Shown: in pieces, positions 1 to 10,615 of the stretch
Position numbering within the stretch: the first letter of the stretch is position 1
How the letters are laid out: every line of letters starts with the position of its first letter
Origin: Calditrichia bacterium
Lineage (GTDB): Bacteria; Calditrichota; Calditrichia; JAJRVZ01
Direction of reading: 5' to 3'
NCBI GenBank assembly: GCA_963796965.1
Contig: CAWCNS010000008.1
Location: 160,001-224,000, forward strand
Length of the DNA: 64,000 bases
Notes under the pieces: generated by a model
What the model was told of the DNA's origin: nothing
What the model saw: the letters and a program-made list of their open reading frames with translations, nothing else
Databases searched by the model: none
Position numbers and translations under genes: made by a program

Positions 1-457
1 TCAGATTCTCTACTGGTAAAGCCTGGATCTGTTCTGAAGAAACATTTGACATTGAACTGGTTTGATCCTTTTTTACTGCAATTTTATCGGCAAAAACTTC
101 AATCGTTTCTCCTTCCAATACAGCCTCAGTCATCGAGATAACAATATTTGCGGTACGGTTTACAGATACGACCACATCCGATACTTTTACTGAATTGAAT
201 CCGACCATTTGGGCTTCGACGACATGCCTTCCGGGTGGAACATTCAGAATATGAAATTCACCCACCTCATCGGATGCCGCACCCAGGGGTTTGTCCACGA
301 CAAAAATGTTTACACCTGCCAGAGGCTCACCCGTTGAAGCATCTTCCACATATCCTCTAATTTTGCCCGTGGTTTGTGCCAGCAAATCATGATTATAAAG
401 GAAAATACAGATGATTAATAAGAACCACACGACTGCTCTTGGCTTTGAATACTCCAT
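1..457 (-). CDS. TonB-dependent receptor, N-terminal part (signal peptide, CarboxypepD_reg-like domain, start of plug); runs off the window edge
   Basis: Manual translation MEYSKPRAVVWFLLIICIFLYNHDLLAQTTGKIRGYVEDASTGEPLAGVNIFVVDKPLGAASDEVGEFHILNVPPGRHVVEAQMVGF...SSEQIQALPVE; AGGAGGTGAT SD directly upstream; not in the ORF track because it is truncated. Confidence 0.85.
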   Translation of the reverse strand, partial: MEYSKPRAVVWFLLIICIFLYNHDLLAQTTGKIRGYVEDASTGEPLAGVNIFVVDKPLGAASDEVGEFHILNVPPGRHVVEAQMVGFNSVKVSDVVVSVNRTANIVISMTEAVLEGETIEVFADKIAVKKDQTSSMSNVSSEQIQALPVENL

Positions 458-831
458 ATCACCTCCTAGTTTGAAATCCCATAGTATCAAAACAACCACA
501 GAATCCACAGAGTAAATATTAAATATTTATTGATTTAAACATATTTCTTCTATACTACTTATAATTAATGATCATAAAACTAATTCTCAATCTTATCACA
601 TCTATTAATAAAATACGGGGTGTTTTCAGCGCTTTCTTGGAATGATCTCTAATTCTTTTTCATTAATAGATACTAGTTGCGCTACGGTTTCCAGGGGCTC
701 GAAACCAAAGTTTTATATACCAATTATTTAAATTTCGAATACTGATTTTTTGAATCACATATTGCTCGTCACGTTCTCTGAGCAACACAAAATCCTAAAC
801 GTGATTTCATTCTACTGGACCTACTTCATTG

Positions 832-2239
832 TTATGTTTTTGCTTTTGTACTTTTCTCCTCAGTTAATTCTGTAGCAATTTTCTTCAACAAAGTTTCATT
901 ATAGCGCACCTTATACTTTTTTCTCAATTCATCGATCAAGTCATTTCTTCTATCATTCAGACGATCATTCCGCAATTCAAACTTTACACTTTTCTCTACA
1001 TCCTTATATTCCCCGCTCCATTTATCGCGATTATTTTCGTAATACTGCCTCGCATCAGCATCGCTTACCGTAACTTTTTGTCCGATTTCTTTATTTAAAT
1101 ATATTGTCAATAATAATTTATTTTCTTTGTTCACTAATTTATCTTTAATCATGACATTCTGCTCTACGCCCTTCTGAAGCGCATCAAGATAGAGTAGATT
1201 TTCACCAATATATTCATCTACCAGCATTTCCAGATCTCTTTGTTTAATTACACGTATTTGCATAAATTGCACACCTTTATTGAAGCTTGAGATGAAACTC
1301 GACAGAGAGATCTTATCGTGATTAATTTCTAGAAAAGTAGCATTTAAATCTGATGCTTTAATTTTGTTTTTATCAATCCTACCCCGATGATTCTCTAGGC
1401 AAGAAAGATGAGACCATTGTTGGGAAAAATTCTTTATTAACGGATACCGGATATTTATTTTTCAATTCTTCTATAATCTGTTTTTTATTTTCAAATTTCA
1501 TCAATACATGCAGCTGTTTATTCAACTCACTTACCAGTCCATCATAAGAAGGCAATCCTGTATTTTTTCTTTTACGATTCACGCGCAGGATCGACCAGAT
1601 GGGACTTGTGAATACAGGCCTACTGACCTGCCCTTCTTTCAGTTCGGATAATTTGGGCATAAGTTCAGGATGGAGGCCCTCACCATAAGACACATTCTTT
1701 AATTGAGTAAGTTTTGGAAAAACTGGACCTCCCTCTTTATTCGGGTCAGTTACCTTGCTACCAGATAAGAGAAACCTATACATTGAGTCGGCCATACTGT
1801 ATGAATTTGCCAGGACAAGGTCAACATCATAAATAACTGATTTTTGCTTATAAAAATCCTTTAGCTCCTTTTCGGAGATGTTCAAGTTTTCAATGTACAA
1901 AGGATGAACACCAGCAATTAAATCAACCCTATAATCTTTTATCGATTGCTGGAATGAATTATCATTCTGTAACCCCAGATCGCGGGCATGGGCAACAAAT
2001 AAATAATCGGGCTCCAATTTTTCTTCGATAAAGGTTTTTAATATCTCCGGCGTAAAAACTCTATCTTTTTTATATTCATTAGTTAGCTGATACCGGCGCA
2101 CAAAGACGCCCTCTCTCAATCCAACATCATTTATTTGCAAGACATTCTCATTGCTGATACTTACTTCTTCGCTGCAGCTAGTTATAAAGGAAGAGATGAA
2201 TAACAACAAAAGTACTGTTAGAAGGGAAAATACATTCAT
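832..2239 (-). CDS. PrsA/SurA-like peptidyl-prolyl isomerase/chaperone lipoprotein, split by a +1 frameshift near 1383 (ORFs 1379..2278 and 832..1272)
   Basis: Lipobox-like ITSC; parvulin-like segments 'ISEKELKDFY', 'LKEGQVSRPV', 'VSDADARQYYENN'; removing one G from TCGGGGTAGG joins the frames (SSGRIDKNK...). Confidence 0.7.
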
Positions 2240-2285
2240 AGATATACTAATTCTTTTAATTTTAATCTTTATAATCAAAAATTAT

Positions 2286-2318
2286 AAAAAAGACGGGCAA
2301 AATTCAGCCCGTCTTTTT
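2286..2318. terminator. Intrinsic terminator hairpin, probably bidirectional
   Basis: AAAAAGACGGGC-aaaattca-GCCCGTCTTTTT just downstream of the 2341..4353 gene. Confidence 0.8.
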
Positions 2319-2340
2319 AAGGTAAAGCATGTCAGAGAGA

Positions 2341-4353
2341 TTACTTATTGAGCAACATCTTCATTATTTTAGATCCGGCGTTTGATTTCAATTGATAGAA
2401 ATAGATACCGGAAGAGACTCTCTTACCAGCAGAATTTTTTCCATCCCATACCACGTCATAAGAACCGGCAGCCATTTTACTATCAACCAGTACTTTGACT
2501 TTCTGACCTAAAACATTATAAATATCAATTGATACGTTACCAGCAGGTACCGTAAAATTGATGGTCGTTGTCGGATTGAAAGGATTTGGATAATTCTGTG
2601 CCAGGTTAAATTCTCCTGGAACCTGATTAGTTTTCTCAATATTGGTATATACCGACAGATCAAAATCCTGATAGACGACTTCTACCTGATCCTGATCCAT
2701 ATCTCTGATCGGAACTGAGAAGTGTGCTCCACCTTCAGTCCAGAAGACATAATTATTTTCATAATCATCTACATAACATAGATTTCTGTCGCGACCTGGC
2801 CAGTCATCACGGTAGTACATCGTGTGAATTTTGTTATCAATGATATCCTGATAGACAGAAACTGTCTGCTCACCCACACCAGGAGTATTGGTTAGGTTAA
2901 TCGGAGCCGACCATGTTCCACCCATCATATAACTCATCTTAAGGTCAGTGGTAAAGGAAAAATATTGAGGACCAAATGCAATAGAAGTATCAGTTAGAAT
3001 TGTAACCGGAGCGTCCATTTCTTCCCATACGACTACCATATCGGGTTCGCCAGCTTGTGGATTCTTGTTAGCAACCAGGTCAAAGTTGGCAATAATTTGA
3101 TCATCATAGTTTTTGCCCCAGTTTCCTGCACCGCCACTATCAAACTCAGCATAACTCCACCATTTGTACTCTTCACCGGATTTTGGATATTCACTCACGG
3201 CTAATGTGGTTATCGTATTGGATGTATTATTCCAATAGAGCAACTGCGGTTTGGGATGTGTGCTGCCATCATAAAAACAAGCATTCGTGTCACCCACGCA
3301 GGCTGAAGAATGGTCCCGCCACCAGTTATCAGCTGCGGCATCCACGCCTGGAAAATAACTAACAGTATCTACGTAAACATCAATCCAAGCGGCATCAAAA
3401 ACCATATGCAGTTTACCCATACTATCATAAGAAAGCTGAAGGTCACAGTACGGTTTCGGATCGTCGTTCGGAATATTGGTACCTTCTCTCATGCCGAGTG
3501 TATCATAGAGTAAAATGACAGTACCATCTGTAAAACCTGTTCCCCAGTCATCTGGCCAAAGCTCACCACCAAATAAACCGCGGGTTACTTCTACCTGACG
3601 TCTGGCATGAAGTCCGGCAACGGCTACTTCCGATCCATCCGGAGAAATAGCCAGATCAGCACCCGAGGTTTGCGTGTTCATGTATCCTGCATACCAATCA
3701 TTTGGACTCATTCCAGGTACGTTAGCACCCTCATCCTTACCATAGAAATTATAGATCTCACCAAAGTTTGTACCATCGAAATTCCAGTAGGCAAGATGGT
3801 TACCGTTTGGCGTTGTTAGTATACAATGAGCGATACCATTTGTATTATCAACTTCCATAGCAAAAGGATTACAGTAGTTTGCACCACCATAATAAGCACC
3901 GTCTTCCTGAACACCAAGCGGATCAATACCTGTACCGGCTTCATTCACTTTGGCCATGGCTTGAAAGTGATGTTCCGGACCATAGTTGTAAAAGCGGCTA
4001 CCCACACCATACATCATGTACACGGGTGCACCATGTCCACCATCAATAAAAGCAACTGCGGGTTGGACCGGCTTTTCTGGTTGTTGAGAAGGAACGTCAA
4101 TTTTGATACCATCAGTAACATTTGCATATATTACTTGATGACCGGTATCAGCTTCGGTAACCCAGGTTTTATTATAAACAATATGGACTTTACCCTGATC
4201 ATCGACGCAAATCTGCTGACCGAGTGTTCCTACATACCAATAGTATTGAAAATCTGTGCCGACTGAATCGACCACAACCGCGTCACCGGCTAAAAGGCTG
4301 CCTGAAAAAAGGATCAGCATGGCAACCATGGTAATAAAAGTAAATTTCTTCAT
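2341..4353 (-). CDS. Secreted protein of unknown function with C-terminal FlgD-Ig/T9SS type A-like sorting domain
   Basis: Signal peptide MKKFTFITMVAMLILFSGSLLA; C-terminus NLAQNYPNPFNPTTTI...WDGKNSAGKRVSSGIYFYQL...KMLLNK; SD AGGAG. Confidence 0.85.
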   Translation of the reverse strand: MKKFTFITMVAMLILFSGSLLAGDAVVVDSVGTDFQYYWYVGTLGQQICVDDQGKVHIVYNKTWVTEADTGHQVIYANVTDGIKIDVPSQQPEKPVQPAVAFIDGGHGAPVYMMYGVGSRFYNYGPEHHFQAMAKVNEAGTGIDPLGVQEDGAYYGGANYCNPFAMEVDNTNGIAHCILTTPNGNHLAYWNFDGTNFGEIYNFYGKDEGANVPGMSPNDWYAGYMNTQTSGADLAISPDGSEVAVAGLHARRQVEVTRGLFGGELWPDDWGTGFTDGTVILLYDTLGMREGTNIPNDDPKPYCDLQLSYDSMGKLHMVFDAAWIDVYVDTVSYFPGVDAAADNWWRDHSSACVGDTNACFYDGSTHPKPQLLYWNNTSNTITTLAVSEYPKSGEEYKWWSYAEFDSGGAGNWGKNYDDQIIANFDLVANKNPQAGEPDMVVVWEEMDAPVTILTDTSIAFGPQYFSFTTDLKMSYMMGGTWSAPINLTNTPGVGEQTVSVYQDIIDNKIHTMYYRDDWPGRDRNLCYVDDYENNYVFWTEGGAHFSVPIRDMDQDQVEVVYQDFDLSVYTNIEKTNQVPGEFNLAQNYPNPFNPTTTINFTVPAGNVSIDIYNVLGQKVKVLVDSKMAAGSYDVVWDGKNSAGKRVSSGIYFYQLKSNAGSKIMKMLLNK

Positions 4354-5110
4354 TTGTCACTCCTAATTTGATCAACTTACAATTTTAGTCAGTAAAAAAT
4401 AAATTAAGATTTTTTTTGAGATTCACCTCCTCCCATATTTTGTTTAAGATGAATATTCGAAATGTCTCTTAAAATAATTAAGGAATCACAGGACAATTCC
4501 TGCACTTACTGCCCAGGCATCACGCATCCTTTCTTGTTTTATTAACTTTTAAATGGATTTATTGCATTAAAACTTCAGATTCATGAAACAGGGAATCAGG
4601 CCGAGCCCCACAGCCGATCAAATATTGTATATAATTTACAAATACTAAAATCTAAAATTGGTGACATTTTGCACATTTGAGAAAGAAAACACTTTTTTAG
4701 TCAAATATTGTCGATTTAACGAATCTAAAACATTTTTTTAATGGATTCGAAATACCCTGAAGATTTCATTTCTGTATTTTTAGTTTAAACGGTTCCGGAG
4801 ATTGGTACATTATGTGGATGAGATTAAAGATAACATTGCCATTTAAGTGAATTAATAAGCGATAATTGCCAGTAATTATTTTCACTTAGACTATCTCTTT
4901 TATGTACCTAAAAGGTTGAAAATACGTTTATTTTTATATAAAAAAAACTAACCAAATATATAGAGTAAAATATAATATGTCAATAAAAATTTTAAATATA
5001 TTATGTCCACAATAACACTTTTGGATAATATTCAATACCCAAATACAATGAAAATCATTTTTTCCTAATAAAAAAATCAATTCGTGTAATTTCATTGCGT
5101 ATTTGTGCAT

Positions 5111-5143
5111 CATTTGACATTGAATTTGGACATTTGACATTGA
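5111..5143. repeat. Degenerate heptamer tandem repeat (CATTTGA/CATTGAA type)
   Basis: catttga-cattgaa-tttgga-catttga-cattga beside the sulfatase stop codon. Confidence 0.55.
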
Positions 5144-5144
5144 T

Positions 5145-7121
5145 TTATTTAATAACAATCTCATCTATAAATATCCATGCTTTTCCACCGCTGCCGTGAT
5201 GCCAGTCCGGACAGATTCCAATATTATCAGCCTTAACCCGTATATAGCGAATCGATCTCGTTGGATTTATTCTCGTTAAAAAGTCTCTCACGCTTGCCTG
5301 GGGCCGAAGTTCAACCTTTGTATCAATCCTATCAATTACGTCAAAATAATTACCGTCTTTTGAAGTGGCTATTTCAATACCCGTTGGCCAAAAAATCCAG
5401 GCCATCTGATTGTCAAGAAACCCGACTTCAATCTGGTTAATCTTTGTGTAATCCCCAAGATCGATTACTACTTCAAAATCGCTTCCTTCATATCCCTGCC
5501 AGGTGCCATCCGTATAATCTGTAGTCCCCTTAATACCATCGAGAAGCGCCCCATCCCCACCACCATTATACTTAACATGATAGGTGGAATTTAATAATGC
5601 TTTTTGACCTTTACCGAGATGTGATACTTTTTGCTTTTTCTGATTACCAATTCTTCCTGGTTCCCGGACCTTTTTTCCCCTTACTCCGGTAAGCATATCA
5701 CCGATTTCTTCTCGGAAATTGTCGGCTAAAATACTTAATCTTTTAACAATATCACCATGATCTATGGCAAGATTAGTCGTTTCGCTGATATCCTTCTCCA
5801 GATCATACAGTTCCAAACCGCTCGTTCCATAATTGTATGGCCCGGGGTAACCATTCATCCCTGGCTCGACATTCTTGTAAGAACGGTATTTATGTGGGAA
5901 TACCAATTTCCACTTTCCCTGACGCACAGCAACTAATTCGCCACCATAATAAAATAAGTAATGATCCCGGATATTCTGATCCTTTTTACCCTGCATGAGT
6001 GGATATATATTAAGTCCATCGATCTCTCTTTCAGGCAACGGAGCTTTTGTGATAGCGGCAAGGGTTGGAAGGATATCAATGGTCGCTGCCATCTGATCAC
6101 AATCTCTACCGGCTGGAATTTTACCTGGCCAGCGCATAATACAGGGTACCCGTGCACCACCTTCCCACATGGTTCCCTTCCCTTCCCTAAGAGGTAGGGC
6201 GGACCCGGCATGATTACCATAATTCATCCAGGGCCCATTATCACTAGCAAAGATAACCAGGGTATTTTCTTCCAGATTATATTTTTCTAAGGTTTTAAGA
6301 ATTTCTCCCACGGACCAGTCTATTTCCATTATCACATCACCATACATACCCTGCTTACTCTTACCCTTAAATTTGTTTGATACGCCCAAAGGCACGTGGG
6401 GCATGGAATGTGGCAGATACAGAAAGAAAGGCGAATCCTTATTTTTTTCAATAAATTTGATGGCACGTTCCGTATAGCGGGTGGTTAAAGTCGCCTGATC
6501 ATCGAGCGTTTGAATTTCTGCAATTTTTTCATTTCCTTCAATTAAAGGCAATACGGGATAGCGTGACTTCCAAGGTTTTGATCCTTTATTCTCCGCTGTG
6601 ATCGGTGTGCCATCGTAGTCAACCGGCCACATATCATTGGAATAGGGCAAACCAAAATATTCATCGAACCCCTGCTGTAGAGGTAGAAACTCCTTATAGT
6701 GACCCAGATGCCATTTCCCAAATATACCGGTCGCATATCCCCTTTTCTTTAGCATATCAGCTATTGTCTCTTCTTCAGGGTTCAATCCAAACTGTGACCA
6801 TGAATTTAAAGCCCCCTGAATACTTACACGCTCGGCATAACAACCGGTCATGAGTGAAGCACGGGAAGCACTGCAAACCGCCTGCGAAACATAAAAGTTT
6901 GTGAAGCGCATGCCTTCAGAAGCCATATTATCCAGATTCGGTGTGGCAAAGTCTTTCGCTCCATATACCCCAACATCTGCATAACCCTGATCATCGGTAA
7001 AGATGATGACGATATTGGGTAGTTTATCTTTATCTTTACCACATTGAAATGAAAATAAAATAGAGATTATGATTAGTAAAACATTACCTACCAGCATTGG
7101 TCCTTTAGATTTTTTTGTCAT
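5145..7121 (-). CDS. Arylsulfatase (formylglycine-dependent S1 family, Cys-type) with C-terminal F5/8 type C-like domain; lipoprotein
   Basis: PNIVIIFTDDQGY, CSASRASLMTG, GKWHLG, SDNGP motifs; C-terminal 'GICPDWHHGSGGKAWIFIDEIVIK'. Confidence 0.93.
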   Translation of the reverse strand: MTKKSKGPMLVGNVLLIIISILFSFQCGKDKDKLPNIVIIFTDDQGYADVGVYGAKDFATPNLDNMASEGMRFTNFYVSQAVCSASRASLMTGCYAERVSIQGALNSWSQFGLNPEEETIADMLKKRGYATGIFGKWHLGHYKEFLPLQQGFDEYFGLPYSNDMWPVDYDGTPITAENKGSKPWKSRYPVLPLIEGNEKIAEIQTLDDQATLTTRYTERAIKFIEKNKDSPFFLYLPHSMPHVPLGVSNKFKGKSKQGMYGDVIMEIDWSVGEILKTLEKYNLEENTLVIFASDNGPWMNYGNHAGSALPLREGKGTMWEGGARVPCIMRWPGKIPAGRDCDQMAATIDILPTLAAITKAPLPEREIDGLNIYPLMQGKKDQNIRDHYLFYYGGELVAVRQGKWKLVFPHKYRSYKNVEPGMNGYPGPYNYGTSGLELYDLEKDISETTNLAIDHGDIVKRLSILADNFREEIGDMLTGVRGKKVREPGRIGNQKKQKVSHLGKGQKALLNSTYHVKYNGGGDGALLDGIKGTTDYTDGTWQGYEGSDFEVVIDLGDYTKINQIEVGFLDNQMAWIFWPTGIEIATSKDGNYFDVIDRIDTKVELRPQASVRDFLTRINPTRSIRYIRVKADNIGICPDWHHGSGGKAWIFIDEIVIK

Positions 7122-7559
7122 ATCAACCTTTACAAGTTATCGGTTTATGGTAAGTTCAGAGATTCTATGCTCCCCCTCCGGGCGAGCTACTGGCCTCTGA
7201 CCATTCAGATTTTTAAAAGATAAAAGATTTACCACAAAGGTCATCTAAGACTGCACTAAGATCACAAAGTTTTTATGAAGAACCTTTATTTTTTGTACTT
7301 TATGCCTTACTTTACGTTCCTTAATGATTAAAAATCTAGATTACAATTAATTATATCTTTTCAGTAAATCAAGACTAAGTTTATATATGAATTAAATCAT
7401 AAACATTTTTTAGCATGACCCACCAAGTAGGTGGGACAGAGGTAAATGATTCAGTGATGGGATTCAAATCTAATTCTCTCAGTGCCTCTGTGATTTCAAT
7501 CTTAATCCATCTTCTCAGACTTTTACACTCTTAAGTAATAACAAATACTTACCTACGCA

Positions 7560-10215
7560 TCAGAACTGTACTTCTATTACCTTGCTATTATCTTTTGGTC
7601 CCGATTTGATTCCTTTTATGACCTCCCACTTATTCTTGTCCGGATCACCAATCTTTATTGTATAACTTCCACTTTTAAATACTCGGGGTTGAAAAGAATC
7701 ACCCGAAATTCGCAAAGAGTAGACAATTTCGTCAGTTTTCTCTTCAATCACCTGGATCACCGTCTGCTGCATTCCCTGAAGTTTTACCTCTGGAAGCCAG
7801 CTATGAGCCTTACGTTTATAGTTATCCTCTTGATTAAACCTAACAGGCCAACCCGGATACTGCTTGGCATTCTTTGAGGAAGGATCTACCCAACGGGGCC
7901 AGCATTCAACAAGAATATCCCGGGATGATTTATTGAATCGTACGATGCCATAGCCCGTCGCACGGTCGTATAATCGCGATGGTTTTTTACCCGTATAATA
8001 AGGGTTGGAGACAGCATGCACCGTAATTTTATTTCCAAAACCATCTTTAAAATCACCCGTATACTTCGGCGCTCCTGGGAGTTGATTCTTACCGGATTGA
8101 ACCGGAAACCATCGTCGGGGCCAAACATTAGATATGGCGGGCACACAAAAGGCATATCCCGCATCCCCAAAGTCATCAATACCATATTGGACCGTGCTTC
8201 CCAAATGCTGGTCTCCGGCAATATGAAAGGCAAAACCCCTGCGCATCTCTCTTAATGCTTTATTGCGACCTGTCTGCGGCCAGCCATTAGAATCCATATC
8301 AGATACCGGAATATCATCCGGCGGATAATCCCCTGGCTCCAATATTCTCAACCTCGGTACTATGACATCTGAGGTAGCGTCTTCTTTTGGCAGCGTGGCG
8401 ACATTGGCAAAGATCGTTTGCGATAATACGGTTTTCATCCATGTATTCGCGGACCAGTCTGAGGCCCATTCTTTTAAAAACTGAAGTTGACGGTCGCCGA
8501 GTAAAACCGCTCCTTTTACATCACCCTCTTTCTCAGCATCAAAATTTTTATTTCGTGCCCAACCATTAATGACTTTTGCTTTTGGTAATGTCGGTTTTGG
8601 CGCCGATTTAAACTTTCGGTCTTCTTAGTACGGCAAAACTCATTCCCGCGTAATTAATGCTGCAGAAATAAACGCCGATGTTTTGTGCAGCCGGAGTAGG
8701 ATCATCAGGCTGCGGCAAATGACTGGTCTGTGTCCGCTGCACCATGTTCACCCATTCAGGAGGCATTTTGTATCCACCAGCATCTTGAGCATCTTGACCA
8801 AATAATGCCGGGGCAGCAATCCCACCTGCTCCCCAGATATTTCCATGATAGACATCGTGATCATCGGGGATGGCCACGGTCGGACGATCCCGCATTAAAT
8901 CGCCATACGCCCAGCCATAAAGATACCATTTGCGGAGATAGTCTAATGCAGCCTTATCCAGGGGTGATCGCTCGGTGCTATAACCAGCTACTCCTTCATA
9001 GATCTGGTCACCAGAAAAAAATAAAAAATCCGGGTCATGATATTTTACGGCTTGAACTAGTTCATTATTTGGAAAACCAAGGTCATTGTTCCCTGTAAAT
9101 CCGGCTACAACAAATTCATTTTTATCCCAGGGCTCCTTGCGGATGGTACCTTCCCAATAATGGCTCTTACTTTCTATAGTACCATGGGTGAAATTATAAT
9201 TCAATCGATAAGGTATATCTTCTTTTGTATTCCATTCTTTTATTTCAAATGTCGCGGTCCTTGCCAAACCATCTATTTCCGATTCTGCGAGGGTTACCCA
9301 TTCTCCTGATTTATAAATCTCAAACTTTACCTTTTTTCCATCAGATTCACCAACCGGCATTAATTGGGCCGTTATCCTTAGAACACCTTTATTCAGGGTA
9401 TATTGTGAGAATAGAATAGGGCCAAGTTCTCTTTCTCTGAATTCTTTTACTTTACTTCCCGATATCTCCCAGTCCCGGAACCAGAATCGAACATTCCCCC
9501 CTCTGGCTGTCCCGGGCCTACCCCCCCATGGTGAATACGTGCCCTTAGAGTCTTTCTCATCCCATTTAGGGCGTTCGCCATGGCTACAAACCAGGGCAAT
9601 CCCACCATTTAGCCAATCTTTTTCAATTCCTTTGCGGACCAGGCTAGCCATCTCAGATCCAGTCTGATCAAGAACAGAAAGTGTCAGTTGATATCCGCCA
9701 TCCCCCGGAAGACAGTTGAGATTTAGTCTGATATCATTGAGAGAAATATCCAATCCTTCACTGGAATCGACATCATTACCAATGAATAATTTTCCAGCAG
9801 TAGTAATACCCAGAGGAAAGCCATTCCCCCGCACGGCATTATCACGATAGTCATCAAATATCCCCCGGACACCTATTTTAAATCCGATCCAGCCCTGATC
9901 AAGATCCTCAGTTTTCTCAATATTTCCCGCAAGAACACTCATTTCAAAAGAACCGGGATCCGCGATGAGTTCATGTGTCAACAGAAAAACGTTCCGATCG
10001 CCACCACTGGCAGCACATTCAATGCGCCCGCCATCTAACTGCCAGTCTTGTAAAGGATTTGCCCAAAATTCAGGTCCAAGCCAAACACGATCGATTTTAG
10101 AAGAAAATTCACTTTTGAATGAATCTCCGGACTGACATCCAAAAATAAATATAGAAAACAACATCAATAAAAAGGAGGATGTCAAATTACATACATGATC
10201 TTTCGTTTTCTTCAT
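7560..10215 (-). CDS. Alkaline phosphatase D (PhoD)-like metallophosphoesterase lipoprotein (~884 aa), split by a +1 frameshift near 8626
   Basis: FFSGDQIYE, IPDDHDVYHGNIWG, HIAGDQHLG motifs; removing one A in CTAAGAA gives a continuous AVLEDRKFKSAP...LLGDRQLQFL...WMKTVLSQT. Confidence 0.82.
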
Positions 10216-10615
10216 ATTAATGCACCTTTTCTTATAGTATATAACTCAGGATAACGACGAATTATAAGTAGCAGGCCGACGGCTTTGATGTGCTCATGCA
10301 TCTATCAGACTGGATCAATATGTGATCCAATCGGCTTAATAATTTTATTGTATGGTTTTATTTAATATTTATATTGATAAGTTCAATCTTTAAGTAAAGA
10401 TGAGTGACTAAATAAATTTTCAAAAATTCATCACTCTCGTTTATAAAAACATTTACGAGTTCTTCAAGAATTGTTGCAACTTACAATTCGTATTCAATCT
10501 TTTTCAGAAAAATACGGTCTAATGCAATGGATTGATTTGCGAGAGATAAGTTTATTACCCCTTCATTTGCGTCGTAGACTGTAAATATGAAAATACGTGT
10601 ATATTTGCTTTTATA

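Noticed and set aside
686..706. Hairpin GGTTTC-caggggctc-GAAACC upstream of the TonB-dependent receptor as a riboswitch (cobalamin/TPP)
   Set aside because: No B12 box or TPP consensus is recognisable; a single 6-bp stem is insufficient.
7163..7210. Short GC-rich patch (ctatgctccccctccgggcgagctactggcctctgacc) upstream of the sulfatase
   Set aside because: Single copy with no clear fold or RNA-family match by eye; it may be a repeat remnant but cannot be supported here.
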